Shown in pieces: positions 27,507 through 37,799 of a stretch of DNA of 64,000 bases. Positions within the stretch are counted from its first letter, which is position 1. Every line of letters begins with the position of its first letter. Source of the stretch: Chloroflexota bacterium (GTDB lineage Bacteria; Chloroflexota; Dehalococcoidia; Bin125); assembly GCA_003228175.2 (NCBI GenBank), contig QGNQ01000003.1, forward strand, positions 28,360 to 92,359, read 5' to 3'. The notes beneath the pieces are model-generated. The model ran no database searches. It saw only the letters and a program-made list of their open reading frames with translations, and had not been told where the DNA came from. A program made the translations under genes and the position numbers.

Positions 27507-28654
27507 GCACAGACACCACACGGCCACCGTCGTTGCTGGACCTGGACGACCACGCACTTGAGCAGAACGTGGCGGAGCTGGGGTCGCCGTCCTATCGCGC
27601 GGGGCAGATTCGCCGGGCAGTGTACCGCCGATTCGCGCTCGATTTCGCGGAGATGACCGATCTGCCACAGGCGCTGCGGACCCAGCTGTCGCAGCGCCTG
27701 CGCGTGGGACCGGCGGCGGTCGTGGGCCAGCAAACGAGCGGCGACGGCAGCACGACCAAGCTGCTCTTGCGCCTGGACGACGGCGAACTGATCGAGACAG
27801 TGCTGATGCGCTACGACCCGTTCGGCAAGCGCCGCCCTCGCCAGACGGTGTGCGTCTCCACGCAGGCGGGCTGCGCGATGGGCTGCACGTTCTGCGCGAC
27901 CGGGGCGCAGGGGTTCCGGCGGCAGTTGTCGGCGGGGGAGATCCTGTTACAGGTGCTGACGATTGCGCGGATCGCGGCGGGGGAGGCTGTCGCCGACAGC
28001 GACAGCCTTGCAGACGAGAGCGCGGCGGCGGCCGACGGCTCGGCGGGGCCGAGCGGGCTAACGAACGTGGTCTTCATGGGGATGGGCGAGCCGCTGGCCA
28101 ACTACGAGGCGACGTCGGCAGCGCTAACACGCCTCAGCGACCCGGAGGCGTTCGCGATGAGTCCGCGTCGCATCACGGTGTCCACCGTGGGGCTCGTGCC
28201 GGGAATGCGTCGCCTGGCCGCCGACCACCCTCAGGTCAATCTGGCGATCAGCCTGCATGCCTCCGACGAGGCGCTGCGGAACGCGCTGGTACCGGTGCCG
28301 TCGGCGTCGCTGGCGGCGATCGTGGCGACAGCGCGGGAGCACGTGAGGCGGACCGGCCGGCGGGTGTCGCTGGAGTATGTGCTGCTGGCGGGGATCAACG
28401 ACGCCCCGTCGCAGGCGAGCGACCTGGCGCGGCTCCTGCGGGGGCTGAACGGCCACGTGAATCTGATCCCGATCAACCCGTCGCCCGGCGTGGTGGGTGC
28501 GCGGCCCAGCCGGTCGGCGGTGCTGCAGTTCCAAGCGGCGCTGGAGACGGGGGGCATCTCCACGACGGTACGGGTGGAGAAGGGGCGCGACATCGCGGCA
28601 GCCTGCGGGCAGCTGCGTGGCGACCGGGCGCCGGCTGCGAAGGCGGGGAGTTGA
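27503..28654 (+). CDS. rlmN: 23S rRNA m2A2503 / tRNA methyltransferase RlmN
   Basis: CVSTQAGCAMGCTFCATG, VFMGMGEP, AISLHA, DIAAACGQL. Confidence 0.95.
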   Translation: MSTDTTRPPSLLDLDDHALEQNVAELGSPSYRAGQIRRAVYRRFALDFAEMTDLPQALRTQLSQRLRVGPAAVVGQQTSGDGSTTKLLLRLDDGELIETVLMRYDPFGKRRPRQTVCVSTQAGCAMGCTFCATGAQGFRRQLSAGEILLQVLTIARIAAGEAVADSDSLADESAAAADGSAGPSGLTNVVFMGMGEPLANYEATSAALTRLSDPEAFAMSPRRITVSTVGLVPGMRRLAADHPQVNLAISLHASDEALRNALVPVPSASLAAIVATAREHVRRTGRRVSLEYVLLAGINDAPSQASDLARLLRGLNGHVNLIPINPSPGVVGARPSRSAVLQFQAALETGGISTTVRVEKGRDIAAACGQLRGDRAPAAKAGS

Positions 28655-28660
28655 GGCGGG

Positions 28661-29350
28661 CTAGGAGTCGCTGCCGTCCGAGGCTGCGCCGTCGGCCGAT
28701 GCGGCCTCGCCGTCCTCGCCCTCGCCGGGTTCGCCTTCGGCGCCCTCTTCGTCGTCCGCTGCCTTGACCTCGTCCTCCTCGGGCAATCGGGGCGCAACGA
28801 TGGTCGCGAGCTGGGCGGTGGGATCGGTGAGGGCGCGAACGCCCTCCGGAAGGTCCAAGTCCGAGACGTGGATGCTCTGACCGAAGTTCGCCAGGATGGA
28901 GACATCGATCGTCAAGTCCGAGGGCATGTCGGCGGGCAGCGCTTCGAGCATGACGGAGTCGAGTGCGTGGATCAGGACGCCGCCCAGGGCCAGGGCTTCA
29001 GCCTGCTCCGCGCCCACGAGGTGCACCGTGGCCGTGGAGTGAATCAAGCGGGTCATGTCGATGTGGTAGAAATCGACATGCTGGACCTCCCGGCTGACCG
29101 GGTGGCGGCGGACGGAGCGCAGGACGATCGGGCGCGTCTCGGACTCGCCCGCGATCTGCGTGGTGACGACGGCGTTGCGGTCGACGGAGCGGAAAATGCG
29201 CCGGAGCTCCACGAGCGGCGCCTGAACGGCAACGGACTCGAGCCCACGGCCGTAGACGTTGCCCGGCACGATGCCCTCGCGGCGCAGCCGCGCGACCTTC
29301 TTGCCGATCAGCGCGCGAGGCTCCAGTTGCAGCGTCAGTTCGTCGGCCAT
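28661..29350 (-). CDS. rplY: 50S ribosomal protein L25/Ctc
   Basis: RLRREGIVPGNVYG, HVDFY, C-terminal beta domain and acidic tail; start ATG 29350. Confidence 0.93.
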   Translation of the reverse strand: MADELTLQLEPRALIGKKVARLRREGIVPGNVYGRGLESVAVQAPLVELRRIFRSVDRNAVVTTQIAGESETRPIVLRSVRRHPVSREVQHVDFYHIDMTRLIHSTATVHLVGAEQAEALALGGVLIHALDSVMLEALPADMPSDLTIDVSILANFGQSIHVSDLDLPEGVRALTDPTAQLATIVAPRLPEEDEVKAADDEEGAEGEPGEGEDGEAASADGAASDGSDS

Positions 29351-29530
29351 GGTCTGTGTCTCCGCGGGGCGTACGCCGCACGCCATGGGGGCGCGGGCCG
29401 GTGATGTTCTGGAAAGCCAGGAATCGACCGTACCGGCGGGTTTCCTTGGGGGTCAAGCGGTCGCATTACCGACGGGGACCAACGAGCGCGGACTGGCGTA
29501 TGATTCGCGACGATCGTGACAGGCGAGGGC

Positions 29531-30400
29531 ATGACACACGCTGGGCCACCAACGCACGCGCTGACCGCTACGCAGGCCGAGAAGCTGGACACCCTGCGCC
29601 GGGTCGTCTCCGGCTATGAGCGGGTGGTGGTAGCGCTGAGCGGGGGCGTCGACAGTGCGCTGGTGGCGGCCGTGGCGGCGGAGCGACTGGGGGCTGGGGC
29701 GCTGGCTGTGACGGCGCAATCGCCGTCGCTACCGGCGGCGGAGCTCCAGGCGGCGGACGATCTGTCGGCCAGGATTGGGATTCAGCATCGGGTGGTGCGG
29801 ACGGATGAGATGGCGCGGCCAGCATACGTCGCGAATCAAGGGGACCGCTGCTACCACTGCAAGACGGAGCTGTATTCGCACCTGACACCGATCGCGGCGG
29901 AACTCGGGGCAGTGGTCTGCAACGGCACGAATCTGGACGACTTGGGCGACTACCGGCCCGGGCTGCGCGCCGCGCGCGAGCGCGAGATCCGCAGTCCGTT
30001 GGTGGAGGCGGGCTGCGGCAAGGCGGACGTACGGGCGCTGGCCCGCCATCTCGGCCTGCCCGTGTGGGATAAACCCGCCGCCGCCTGTTTGGCCAGCCGC
30101 GTGCCGGTGGGGACGCCTGTCTCGGTGCCGGTGCTGGGCGAGATTGAGGCGGCGGAGGCGTTGCTGCACTCGCTGGGCGTGTCGCACGTGCGCGTACGCC
30201 ATCACGGTGAGATCGCCCGTATCGAGACGGACGCTGCGGGCATCGAAATCGTTGCGCGGGAGCGGGAGACCGTCGAGCGGCGCTTGCGCGCGCTCGGGTT
30301 TCGCTTCGTCACGCTGGATTTGGGAGGCTACCGCAGCGGCAGCCTGAATCCCATCGCGACCCACCCCTCCGGCGCGGCCCAACCAATCGAGGAATCATGA
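29531..30400 (+). CDS. larE: ATP-dependent sacrificial sulfur transferase LarE-like
   Basis: PP-loop SGGVDS, RCYHCK, GTNLDDLGDYRPG, WDKPAAACLASR, GYRSGS. Confidence 0.9.
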   Translation: MTHAGPPTHALTATQAEKLDTLRRVVSGYERVVVALSGGVDSALVAAVAAERLGAGALAVTAQSPSLPAAELQAADDLSARIGIQHRVVRTDEMARPAYVANQGDRCYHCKTELYSHLTPIAAELGAVVCNGTNLDDLGDYRPGLRAAREREIRSPLVEAGCGKADVRALARHLGLPVWDKPAAACLASRVPVGTPVSVPVLGEIEAAEALLHSLGVSHVRVRHHGEIARIETDAAGIEIVARERETVERRLRALGFRFVTLDLGGYRSGSLNPIATHPSGAAQPIEES

Positions 30401-30741
30401 GTGTGCTCGACCAGTTCCGGCTCGATGGGCAGGTCGCGCTGATCACGGGGGGCGGGCGCGGCCTGGGCCAGGCGATCGCCGACGCGTACGCGGCGGTGGG
30501 GGCGGAGACGGTGATTGTGGGGCGGACGGAATCGGAGCTGCGCTCGACCGCCCGCCTGATCGAGCGGCACGGCCATCGCTGCATCCCGATCGTCGCTGAC
30601 ATCACCCGGCCGCAAGAGCCGGCGCAGGTCTTGCAGCCGGCGCTCGATCGCTGCAACCAAGTCGACATCCTGGTCAACGGCGCGACGTTCACCCTGGACG
30701 GTGGCGGCTATCTGCCGCGCGCGCTGGAAGCCGCGCCTTAG
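30397..30741 (+). pseudogene. SDR-family oxidoreductase with a large in-frame internal deletion
   Basis: TGGGRGLG and DILVN are joined directly to the C-terminal GATFTLDGGG motif; no YxxxK. Confidence 0.75.
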
Positions 30742-30744
30742 CGC

Positions 30745-32763
30745 ATGGCGAGGCGGCAAACCCGGACGCGTGCGCCGGCCGGGCGACGGCTGCTGGGCGT
30801 GGACGTGGGCGGCACGTTCACGGACTTCCTCTACTGGGACGGTGTGGCGCTACAGCTGCACAAGCGGCTCTCGACGCCGGACGACCCGGGCCGGGCGATC
30901 CTGGAGGGGCTGGCGGAGCAGGGTTGGCGGCCGGGCGAGGTCGTACACGGCTCGACAGTCTCGACGAACAGGCTGCTGACCCGCAGTGGGGCGCGCTGCG
31001 CGCTGATCACGACGCGGGGCTTTCGCGACACGTTGCTGATCGGCCGGCAGGCGCGTCCTGAGCTGTACGCGCTGCATCCGGTGCGTCCTGATCCGCTGAT
31101 CCCGGACGCGCGGCGGTTCGAGGTGGACGAGCGCGTGGCCGCCGACGGCAGCGTGCTGCGGGCGCTGGATGAGGCAGAGGTCAGCGCCGCGCTGGATCGG
31201 GTTGAGCGCAGCGGCGCAACGGCCCTCGCGATCTGCTTGCTGTTCTCTTTCGTGAATCCCACGCATGAGCAACGCATCGCGTCGCTGGCGCGCGAGCGCG
31301 GACTCGCGGTCTCGGTGTCGCACGAGGTGCTGCCCGAACACCGGGAGTACGAGCGGATGAGCACGACCGTCGCGAACGCATACGTCGCGCCAGCGATGAC
31401 GCGGTATCTGTCGGGGCTGGAAGCGGGCCTGCGCGCGACGGACGCCACAACCCGCCTTCGCGTGATGCGCTCGAATGGGGGCAGCATGGGCGCCGCGGAG
31501 GCCGGCCGCGACGCGGTGCGCACGGTGCTGTCTGGGCCAGCGGGCGGAGTCGTGGGGGCGCGGGCGGCCGCGGAAGCATCGGGCATCGGGCAGGTGATCA
31601 GCTTCGATATGGGCGGCACGTCGACCGATGTCAGCCTCTGCCCCGGCCGGCTGTTGGAGCGATCGGACCTGCAGGTCGGTGGCTTGCCGATCCGGACCCC
31701 AGCCGTCGACGTGCACACGATGGGCGCGGGCGGTGGATCGATCGCAACACTGGACGCGGGCGGCGCCCTGCGGGTCGGCCCCGAGAGCGCCGGCGCCGAT
31801 CCTGGGCCCGCGGCATACGGTCGCGGCAATGCGCCCACCTTGACCGACGCCCACGTCGTCCTGGGGCGGTTGCGGCCGGACCGCTTCCTGGGCGGCACGA
31901 TGCGCTTGGATGTCGACGCTGCCGAGCGGGCGGTAGCAACGCTGGCCGGGACGTTCCAAGGCTCGCTGCGACGAACCGCGCAGGCGATCATCGAGGTGGG
32001 GAACGCGAACATGGCCCGCGCGCTGCGCGTGATCTCGGTGGAACGCGGCTTCGATCCGGCCGATTTCACGCTGGTTGCCTTCGGCGGCGCGGGGCCCCTG
32101 CACGCCTGCGATCTGGCGGTGGAGCTGGGAATCCCAACGGTGCTCATCCCGGCGACCCCCGGCGTGCTCTCCGCCGCGGGGATGCTGCGCGCACCGGTCG
32201 TGAAGGACGCGGAGCAGGGGATGGTGCTGCGCGTGGAGCCCGACGCGCCGGGCCGCGACGCGACGCTGGAGTCGACGTTCAAGCGGCTGGAGGAGGAGGC
32301 GCGGGCGGGGATGCGGCAGGACGGCTACGCGCGCAGCCGCATCGAACGGTCCGCCGATCTGCGCTACGCCGGGCAATCCCACGAGCTGACGGTGCCGCTG
32401 CGTTCGACATCGCGGGCGGCGATCCGTGGGGCGCTCGCGAAATCCCACACGGCGCGCTTTGGCTACGCGTACCCGGATCGACCGCTGGAGGTGGTCGTGG
32501 CGCGGGTCAAGGCGATCGCCCCGGGCGCGTCGTATGCCGGATCGATCGCGACCGCGTTGCAGGGGGATATCGCAGGGGAGCAGCGCGCAACGGTCGTGTG
32601 GGAGCGGCCGCGTCGCACGCAGGTGCTGGATCGGGCCGGTCTCAAGGGGCCAATCGCCGGGCCGGCGATCCTGACGCAGCTGGATAGCACGATTCTGGTG
32701 CCACCCGGCTGGCGGGCGAGGCCGCACGACTCCGGCAATCTGATCATCCGCCAGGAGGCGTGA
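30745..32763 (+). CDS. Hydantoinase/5-oxoprolinase subunit A family
   Basis: GVDVGGTFTD, HGSTV, EYER.STT, LSGPAGG, DMGGTSTD, GAGGGS, FGGAGPLHA, RYAGQSHE. Confidence 0.92.
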   Translation: MARRQTRTRAPAGRRLLGVDVGGTFTDFLYWDGVALQLHKRLSTPDDPGRAILEGLAEQGWRPGEVVHGSTVSTNRLLTRSGARCALITTRGFRDTLLIGRQARPELYALHPVRPDPLIPDARRFEVDERVAADGSVLRALDEAEVSAALDRVERSGATALAICLLFSFVNPTHEQRIASLARERGLAVSVSHEVLPEHREYERMSTTVANAYVAPAMTRYLSGLEAGLRATDATTRLRVMRSNGGSMGAAEAGRDAVRTVLSGPAGGVVGARAAAEASGIGQVISFDMGGTSTDVSLCPGRLLERSDLQVGGLPIRTPAVDVHTMGAGGGSIATLDAGGALRVGPESAGADPGPAAYGRGNAPTLTDAHVVLGRLRPDRFLGGTMRLDVDAAERAVATLAGTFQGSLRRTAQAIIEVGNANMARALRVISVERGFDPADFTLVAFGGAGPLHACDLAVELGIPTVLIPATPGVLSAAGMLRAPVVKDAEQGMVLRVEPDAPGRDATLESTFKRLEEEARAGMRQDGYARSRIERSADLRYAGQSHELTVPLRSTSRAAIRGALAKSHTARFGYAYPDRPLEVVVARVKAIAPGASYAGSIATALQGDIAGEQRATVVWERPRRTQVLDRAGLKGPIAGPAILTQLDSTILVPPGWRARPHDSGNLIIRQEA

Positions 32764-32803
32764 TGGGCCGTCGAGCGAGAGCTGATGTCGCAGAGGAGAA
32801 CGC

Positions 32804-33274
32804 ATGACGGCTTTCATCACATTGCAAGGAGCGGAGGCAACGCCTGAAGCGGCGGCGGCGGTCGCGCAGCGGCTGACGGGGCCATGTGTCGTGCTGCCGT
32901 TCGACGCGTTGCGCCGGGACTGGATCGCGAAGCCCGGCGCCGACGACGCCACCGTCGCCGCGCAACAATTGAAGCTGCTGGGCGCGGGCTATGTGAAGGC
33001 GGGGTACCACGTCGTGGTGCATGGGGAGGCGTTGGCGGAGGGGCAGGCAGGCAACGACGTGCTGCGGCTGATGCGGATGGTGCCGGGCGTGTACGCGCTG
33101 TCGGTCGCGGTTGGCTTGGGAACCGATGGCTTGGGAGCGGATGGGTTGGAAGCAGGGCGAGAGGTCGACTTGCGGTTGCCGGCCGGGCAGTCCCTGTCCG
33201 AGATCGCGCAGGCGGTCTGGGAGGCCCTGCCGGTCGATGCTGTTGGGCCCGATCGGCGGGTGTCCGATGCCTAG
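32804..33274 (+). CDS. Hypothetical protein, degenerate P-loop kinase-like fold
   Basis: AGGAG RBS; FITLQGAEAT...AAVAQRL...DALRRD pattern of small nucleotide kinases but without GKT; overlaps the next start. Confidence 0.55.
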   Translation: MTAFITLQGAEATPEAAAAVAQRLTGPCVVLPFDALRRDWIAKPGADDATVAAQQLKLLGAGYVKAGYHVVVHGEALAEGQAGNDVLRLMRMVPGVYALSVAVGLGTDGLGADGLEAGREVDLRLPAGQSLSEIAQAVWEALPVDAVGPDRRVSDA

Positions 33275-34880
33275 CCGGCAGGCCAGCATCGATCCGGCGC
33301 GACTGGCGGTCTTCGAGTCGCTGGCGACGTCGATCGCGGAGGAGATGGGCGCGACCCTGCGGCACGCGGCGCTCTCCCCGAACATCAAGGAGCGCGCCGA
33401 TTACAGCTGCGCCGTGTTCGATGCGGAGGGGCAGCTGCTGGCGCAGGCAGCGCACATTCCGGTGCACTTGGGCGCGATGCCGGCCTCCGTCTCGGCGGTG
33501 GCGGGGCTCGCGCCATGGGCGCCGGGGGACATCGCGATCTTGAACGATCCTTTCCTGGGCGGTACGCATCTGCCCGACGTGACGATGGTCTCGCCGGTCT
33601 TCCGGACGAGCGGGCGTCGGCGGCGATTGGTGGGCTTCGTCGCGAGCCGGGCGCATCAGGCGGACATTGGCGGCATGGCGCCGGGGTCCATGCCGGTCGC
33701 GCAGGAGCTGGTGCAGGAAGGCTTCATCATCCCGCCGGTGCGGCTGTACCGGGCGGGGGCGCTGGTCCCGGAGACGTTGACGTTGTTCCTGCGCAACGTG
33801 CGGACGCCGGAAGAACGTCAGGGCGACGTGGACGCGCAGGTGGCGGCACAGCGGGTGGGCGAGCGGCGACTGGCGGCGCTCGCCGATCGGTTCGGGGCTG
33901 GAGGATCGGGACGGACGGGGTTTCAGGCGGCGGCAACGGCGCTCTTGGACTCGGGGGAGCGGGCCGCGCTGGCCGGCATGGCGACGATCCCCGCTGGTAC
34001 GTACCGCTTCGAGGACTTCCTGGACGACGACGGCACGAGCGATGAGCCCGTCCCGATCCGCCTGCGGTTGACGACCAGCGCGCGGGGTTGGGAGCTGGAC
34101 TTCACCGGGTCAGCGGGGCAGCGGCCCGCGTCGATCAACGCGGTGGCGGCGGTGACACGGTCGGCGAGCTACTACGTGCTGCGTTGCCTGCTGCCGCTCG
34201 GCGCACCGACGAACGCTGGGCTGTTCCGGCCGCTGCGCTTCATCCTGCCGGAGCGCTCGGTGGTCAATGCGGCGCCGCCGGTGGCCGTCGCGGCGGGCAA
34301 CGTGGAGACGAGCCAGCGCATCGTCGACGTGGTCTGGGGGGCGATCATGCAGGCGCTGCCGGGGCGCATTCCGGCCGCGTCGGCGGGGACGATGAATAAC
34401 CTGGCGGCCGGTGGGACTGATCCGCGGACTGGATCGGCCTGGGCCTACTACGAGACCAGCGGCGGTGGGCTGGGGGGAGGCCCGGACGGTCCCGGTCTGT
34501 CGGCGGTGCAAAGCCACATGACGAACACGTTGAACACGCCGGCGGAGGCGCTGGAGCTCGCCTACCCGATGCGCGTGCTGGAGAACAGCGTGCGACGCCG
34601 GAGCGGCGGGCGGGGCAGGCATCGGGGTGGGGACGGTCTGGTGCGTCGGACAGAGTTCCTCGCCGCGTCGACGGTGACACTGATCACGGACCGCCGCAGA
34701 CTGGGGCCCTGGGGGGCCGCCGGCGGCGAGGCGGGGAAGCCCGGTCGAAACCGGCTGGAACGCGCGACCGGGACGCGACGGACCCTGCCGGGCAAAACGA
34801 CGATCCGCGTCGGGGCGGGGGATGTGATTCGGGTGGAGACGCCGGGCGGCGGCGGCTGGGGGGTGGCGGGGTCGGGCTGA
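33267..34880 (+). CDS. Hydantoinase/5-oxoprolinase subunit B family
   Basis: SPNIKERADYSCA, HIPVHLGAM, NDPFLGGTHLPD, HMTNTLNTP.E, TPGGGGWG. Confidence 0.92.
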   Translation: MPSRQASIDPARLAVFESLATSIAEEMGATLRHAALSPNIKERADYSCAVFDAEGQLLAQAAHIPVHLGAMPASVSAVAGLAPWAPGDIAILNDPFLGGTHLPDVTMVSPVFRTSGRRRRLVGFVASRAHQADIGGMAPGSMPVAQELVQEGFIIPPVRLYRAGALVPETLTLFLRNVRTPEERQGDVDAQVAAQRVGERRLAALADRFGAGGSGRTGFQAAATALLDSGERAALAGMATIPAGTYRFEDFLDDDGTSDEPVPIRLRLTTSARGWELDFTGSAGQRPASINAVAAVTRSASYYVLRCLLPLGAPTNAGLFRPLRFILPERSVVNAAPPVAVAAGNVETSQRIVDVVWGAIMQALPGRIPAASAGTMNNLAAGGTDPRTGSAWAYYETSGGGLGGGPDGPGLSAVQSHMTNTLNTPAEALELAYPMRVLENSVRRRSGGRGRHRGGDGLVRRTEFLAASTVTLITDRRRLGPWGAAGGEAGKPGRNRLERATGTRRTLPGKTTIRVGAGDVIRVETPGGGGWGVAGSG

Positions 34881-34977
34881 GCGGTCTTGATGGGCAAGGG
34901 CGGTTGGGCAAGAGATGGGCGCTGCCCCAATCCTTTTGATGGCCCCCGTTCGTTAGACTGATTAGAGGAGTTCGCTG

Positions 34978-35394
34978 ATGGCCGACCGCCTGGAACGCGA
35001 CGTCGAAGACGTGCTCGAGAAGATCGAGGATTTCGAGTGGCACCGCCGCCAGCGTCGGGCGCCCAGTCGTGCCCGGCGCGCGTGGAGCGGCTTCTGGCAG
35101 CAAACGAGCGACCGATTGGGATCGCTGTTCGTCCGCTTCTCGTCCGGACATCTGATGCTGGCCGGATTCCTGCTCCTGGTCGCGGGCCTCGTCTTGCGCG
35201 CGCGCGGGCTGGGCACCTGGTTCGTGCTGGCGGGCATCATTCTCTTCCTGATCGGGCTGGCCTGGAACATGCGCGCTCCGCGCTCCGGGCCGACACCCGA
35301 TGGTCGCGGGGGCTTCTGGCGCGACCGCTACATCCACTACGACGAATCACAACCGGGCGGGGTGCGCGGTTGGTTCAAACGGTGGCGACGCTAA
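34978..35394 (+). CDS. Small membrane protein
   Basis: GAGGAG RBS; MADRLERDVEDVL, two TM segments, FWRDRYI. Confidence 0.7.
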   Translation: MADRLERDVEDVLEKIEDFEWHRRQRRAPSRARRAWSGFWQQTSDRLGSLFVRFSSGHLMLAGFLLLVAGLVLRARGLGTWFVLAGIILFLIGLAWNMRAPRSGPTPDGRGGFWRDRYIHYDESQPGGVRGWFKRWRR

Positions 35395-36968
35395 TTCTGT
35401 CCTCCTTCGTTCTTCGATCCGCACCCGTCGCAGGGCTGGGCCTGGCGCTCGTCGCGCTGGTTCTGGCCGCGTGCGGCGGATCCGATGCGGCATCCCCCGC
35501 CGTCGCCGGCTCGCCCGCGACGGCTGAGTCGAGCGAGGAGGCGATCGTCGAGCAGGCGGCTGCGCCTCCGGAGGAGTCGGCCGCCGGCCAAGCGGCGCCC
35601 GCCGCGAGCGACGCGGCGCAGGCTGGCGAACAAGCTGGCGAGCAAGCGCCTGCGCAGTCCGAATCCACGGAATCGGCTGCAGCCGAGCCGCCGGCCGCCG
35701 AGGAACCCCCCGGCGACGATCCAGGCGTCGAGGCGCCATCTGACCCACCGGCGCTGCCCAGCACGCCGCTGCCCTACGACAACGACAACGCGCTGCGCAT
35801 CCTGGAGACCCTGACGGTGACCATTGGCCCGCGTGTGCAGGGCACGGAGGCCGAACGCGACGCGGCGGCGTTCTTGGCGGCGGAGTTCACGTCGGCGGGC
35901 TATGTGGTGGAGTTGCAGCCGGTGCCACTCGAAAGCCGGCGGGTGGCGGAGCTGGCGTTCAACGTCGATGGCGAGACAATCGATGCACAGGCCTTCGACG
36001 GGTCCGGCGCCGGCGACGTGCGCGGACCGCTCGTCGTAGTACCGGGCCTGGGGGCGGCGTCGGACTTCGCGCAGGTGAACGTAGAGGGAGCCGTAGCGTT
36101 GATCGAGCGGGGGGTCCTGTTCTTCGTCGACAAGATCGCCAACGCGGAGGCGGCGGGGGCAGCCGGCGTGGTCATCTTCAACAACGAGGCTGGGTCGTTC
36201 TCGGGGACGCTCGGCGAGGCAGCGGCGATCCCGGCGCTGGCGATCACCCAGGAGGACGGGCGCGCGCTCGTCGCGCAGGCGCAGGAGGCCGCGCTGGTCG
36301 CGGATCTGCTGGTCCGCTTCGACCCCCTCTCCGGCGAGTCGCAGAACGTCGTGGCGCGCAACCCGGGTGGCGCCTGCACGATCTGGGTGGGCGGCCACTA
36401 CGACACGGTCCCCAACGTCCCTGGGGCCAACGACAATGGCAGCGGCACGGCACTGGTCGTGGAGTTGGCACGGGCCTACGCGGGGAGCGCGACCGCTCAG
36501 CAGGCGTGCTTCGTGGCCTTCGGCGCGGAGGAGGCCGTGGGAGGCAGCGTCGGTATCGAGGGCTCGCGGGTGTTCGTTCAGGGCCTGATCGCCAGCGGTG
36601 AGATCAACGGGGTCACTGCGATGCTCAACCTGGATGTCGCCGCCGTCGGCACGGATCTGTTCCTGATCGGCGACACCGATCTGGTCGACGAGACGGCCAG
36701 CATTGCGGAGGCGATCGGCGTCGACGCCAGCCCCGGTTCGCTGCCCGCCGGCAGCGGCTCCGACCATCTCAATTTCGCGCAGGCCGGCGTGCCGGTGATC
36801 TTCCCCACCCTGGACGGCGGCCCGATCCACGATCCGTCGGACAACTTCAGCGCGGTGCAACCAGAACGGGTCGCGGCGGTGGGCGAACTGGCGCACGCGC
36901 TGCTGGGCTGCCTGGCCAGCAGCGCCGACGCGCAGGCCGCGCCTGACTGCGTCTTGGGGGCGGAATGA
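35382..36968 (+). CDS. M28-family aminopeptidase lipoprotein with PA domain
   Basis: Lipobox LAAC; PA domain (ALIERG...F.DK..NA..AGA.GV); GGHYD, GANDNGSG, AEE, NLD, SDH. Start GTG 35382 is tentative. Confidence 0.85.
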   Translation: MATLILSSFVLRSAPVAGLGLALVALVLAACGGSDAASPAVAGSPATAESSEEAIVEQAAAPPEESAAGQAAPAASDAAQAGEQAGEQAPAQSESTESAAAEPPAAEEPPGDDPGVEAPSDPPALPSTPLPYDNDNALRILETLTVTIGPRVQGTEAERDAAAFLAAEFTSAGYVVELQPVPLESRRVAELAFNVDGETIDAQAFDGSGAGDVRGPLVVVPGLGAASDFAQVNVEGAVALIERGVLFFVDKIANAEAAGAAGVVIFNNEAGSFSGTLGEAAAIPALAITQEDGRALVAQAQEAALVADLLVRFDPLSGESQNVVARNPGGACTIWVGGHYDTVPNVPGANDNGSGTALVVELARAYAGSATAQQACFVAFGAEEAVGGSVGIEGSRVFVQGLIASGEINGVTAMLNLDVAAVGTDLFLIGDTDLVDETASIAEAIGVDASPGSLPAGSGSDHLNFAQAGVPVIFPTLDGGPIHDPSDNFSAVQPERVAAVGELAHALLGCLASSADAQAAPDCVLGAE

Positions 36969-37045
36969 GCGTGGGCCCTGGGCTGGTGGGTAGACTGGCC
37001 GTGAGACGGGGACAGCTGGCGATTGCTGCGACGGGAGTCAGAAGC

Positions 37046-37654
37046 GTGCGCGTCCCCTTGATCTTGTCCGTCCTGATGCTCGCGACGCTGGCCGCGGCCT
37101 GCGGCGGCAGTGACGACCCGACGACGCCGTCCGATGCGGTCACGGCGAACCCGGATCCCGAGACGATCCCCACTGAAGCGCTGCCCGAGGTCCTGCCCGA
37201 ACCGTACATTTTCAGCGGCGACGAGCTCTTCGGCGGGGAAGTGGTGGAGGAACTGCAGGAGGAGCTGTACATCGTCCAGCCCGGGGACACGCTGGCCCTG
37301 ATCGCGGAGTTGGCCGGCGTTACGACGGAGGAGCTTCAGCGGTTGAACGGGATCGCGGATCCGTCGGTGCTCTCGGCCGGGGATGAGCTGCGCATCCCAG
37401 TGCGAGGGGAGCGCATCGCGGCGACGACGGAGGCGGGAGCCGAGGCCGAGGACTTCGCCGGCCAGCCCCCCGGCGAAGAATACGCGGTGCAGCCGGGCGA
37501 CACGCTGATCGGAATCGCCGAATCGAACGGGCTCAACTACCTCGACCTGCAGTCGTACAACGGTCTGAGTGACTTCGAGGCCGGCAACTTGCTGGTCGGT
37601 CAGATCCTGATCATCCCCCCGCCTGCGGAGGAAGCGGCAGAGCCGCCGGGATAG
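37046..37654 (+). CDS. Lipoprotein with two LysM domains
   Basis: AAAC lipobox; YIVQPGDTL..IA...L..LNGI and YAVQPGDTLIGIA...GQILIIP. Confidence 0.85.
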   Translation: MRVPLILSVLMLATLAAACGGSDDPTTPSDAVTANPDPETIPTEALPEVLPEPYIFSGDELFGGEVVEELQEELYIVQPGDTLALIAELAGVTTEELQRLNGIADPSVLSAGDELRIPVRGERIAATTEAGAEAEDFAGQPPGEEYAVQPGDTLIGIAESNGLNYLDLQSYNGLSDFEAGNLLVGQILIIPPPAEEAAEPPG

Positions 37655-37799
37655 CATTTGGCGGGGCCTACGGGCGTCGGGGAAATTGTTCACCCTGGGC
37701 GCCTGTGATAGCCTCCGGCCCGATCTTGCCGCCGATCCGAGAATCCTCACGTGGGGGCAGATCTAGCAGCGAAGTCCGTGTTCGCAAGCCCGGAGAACC

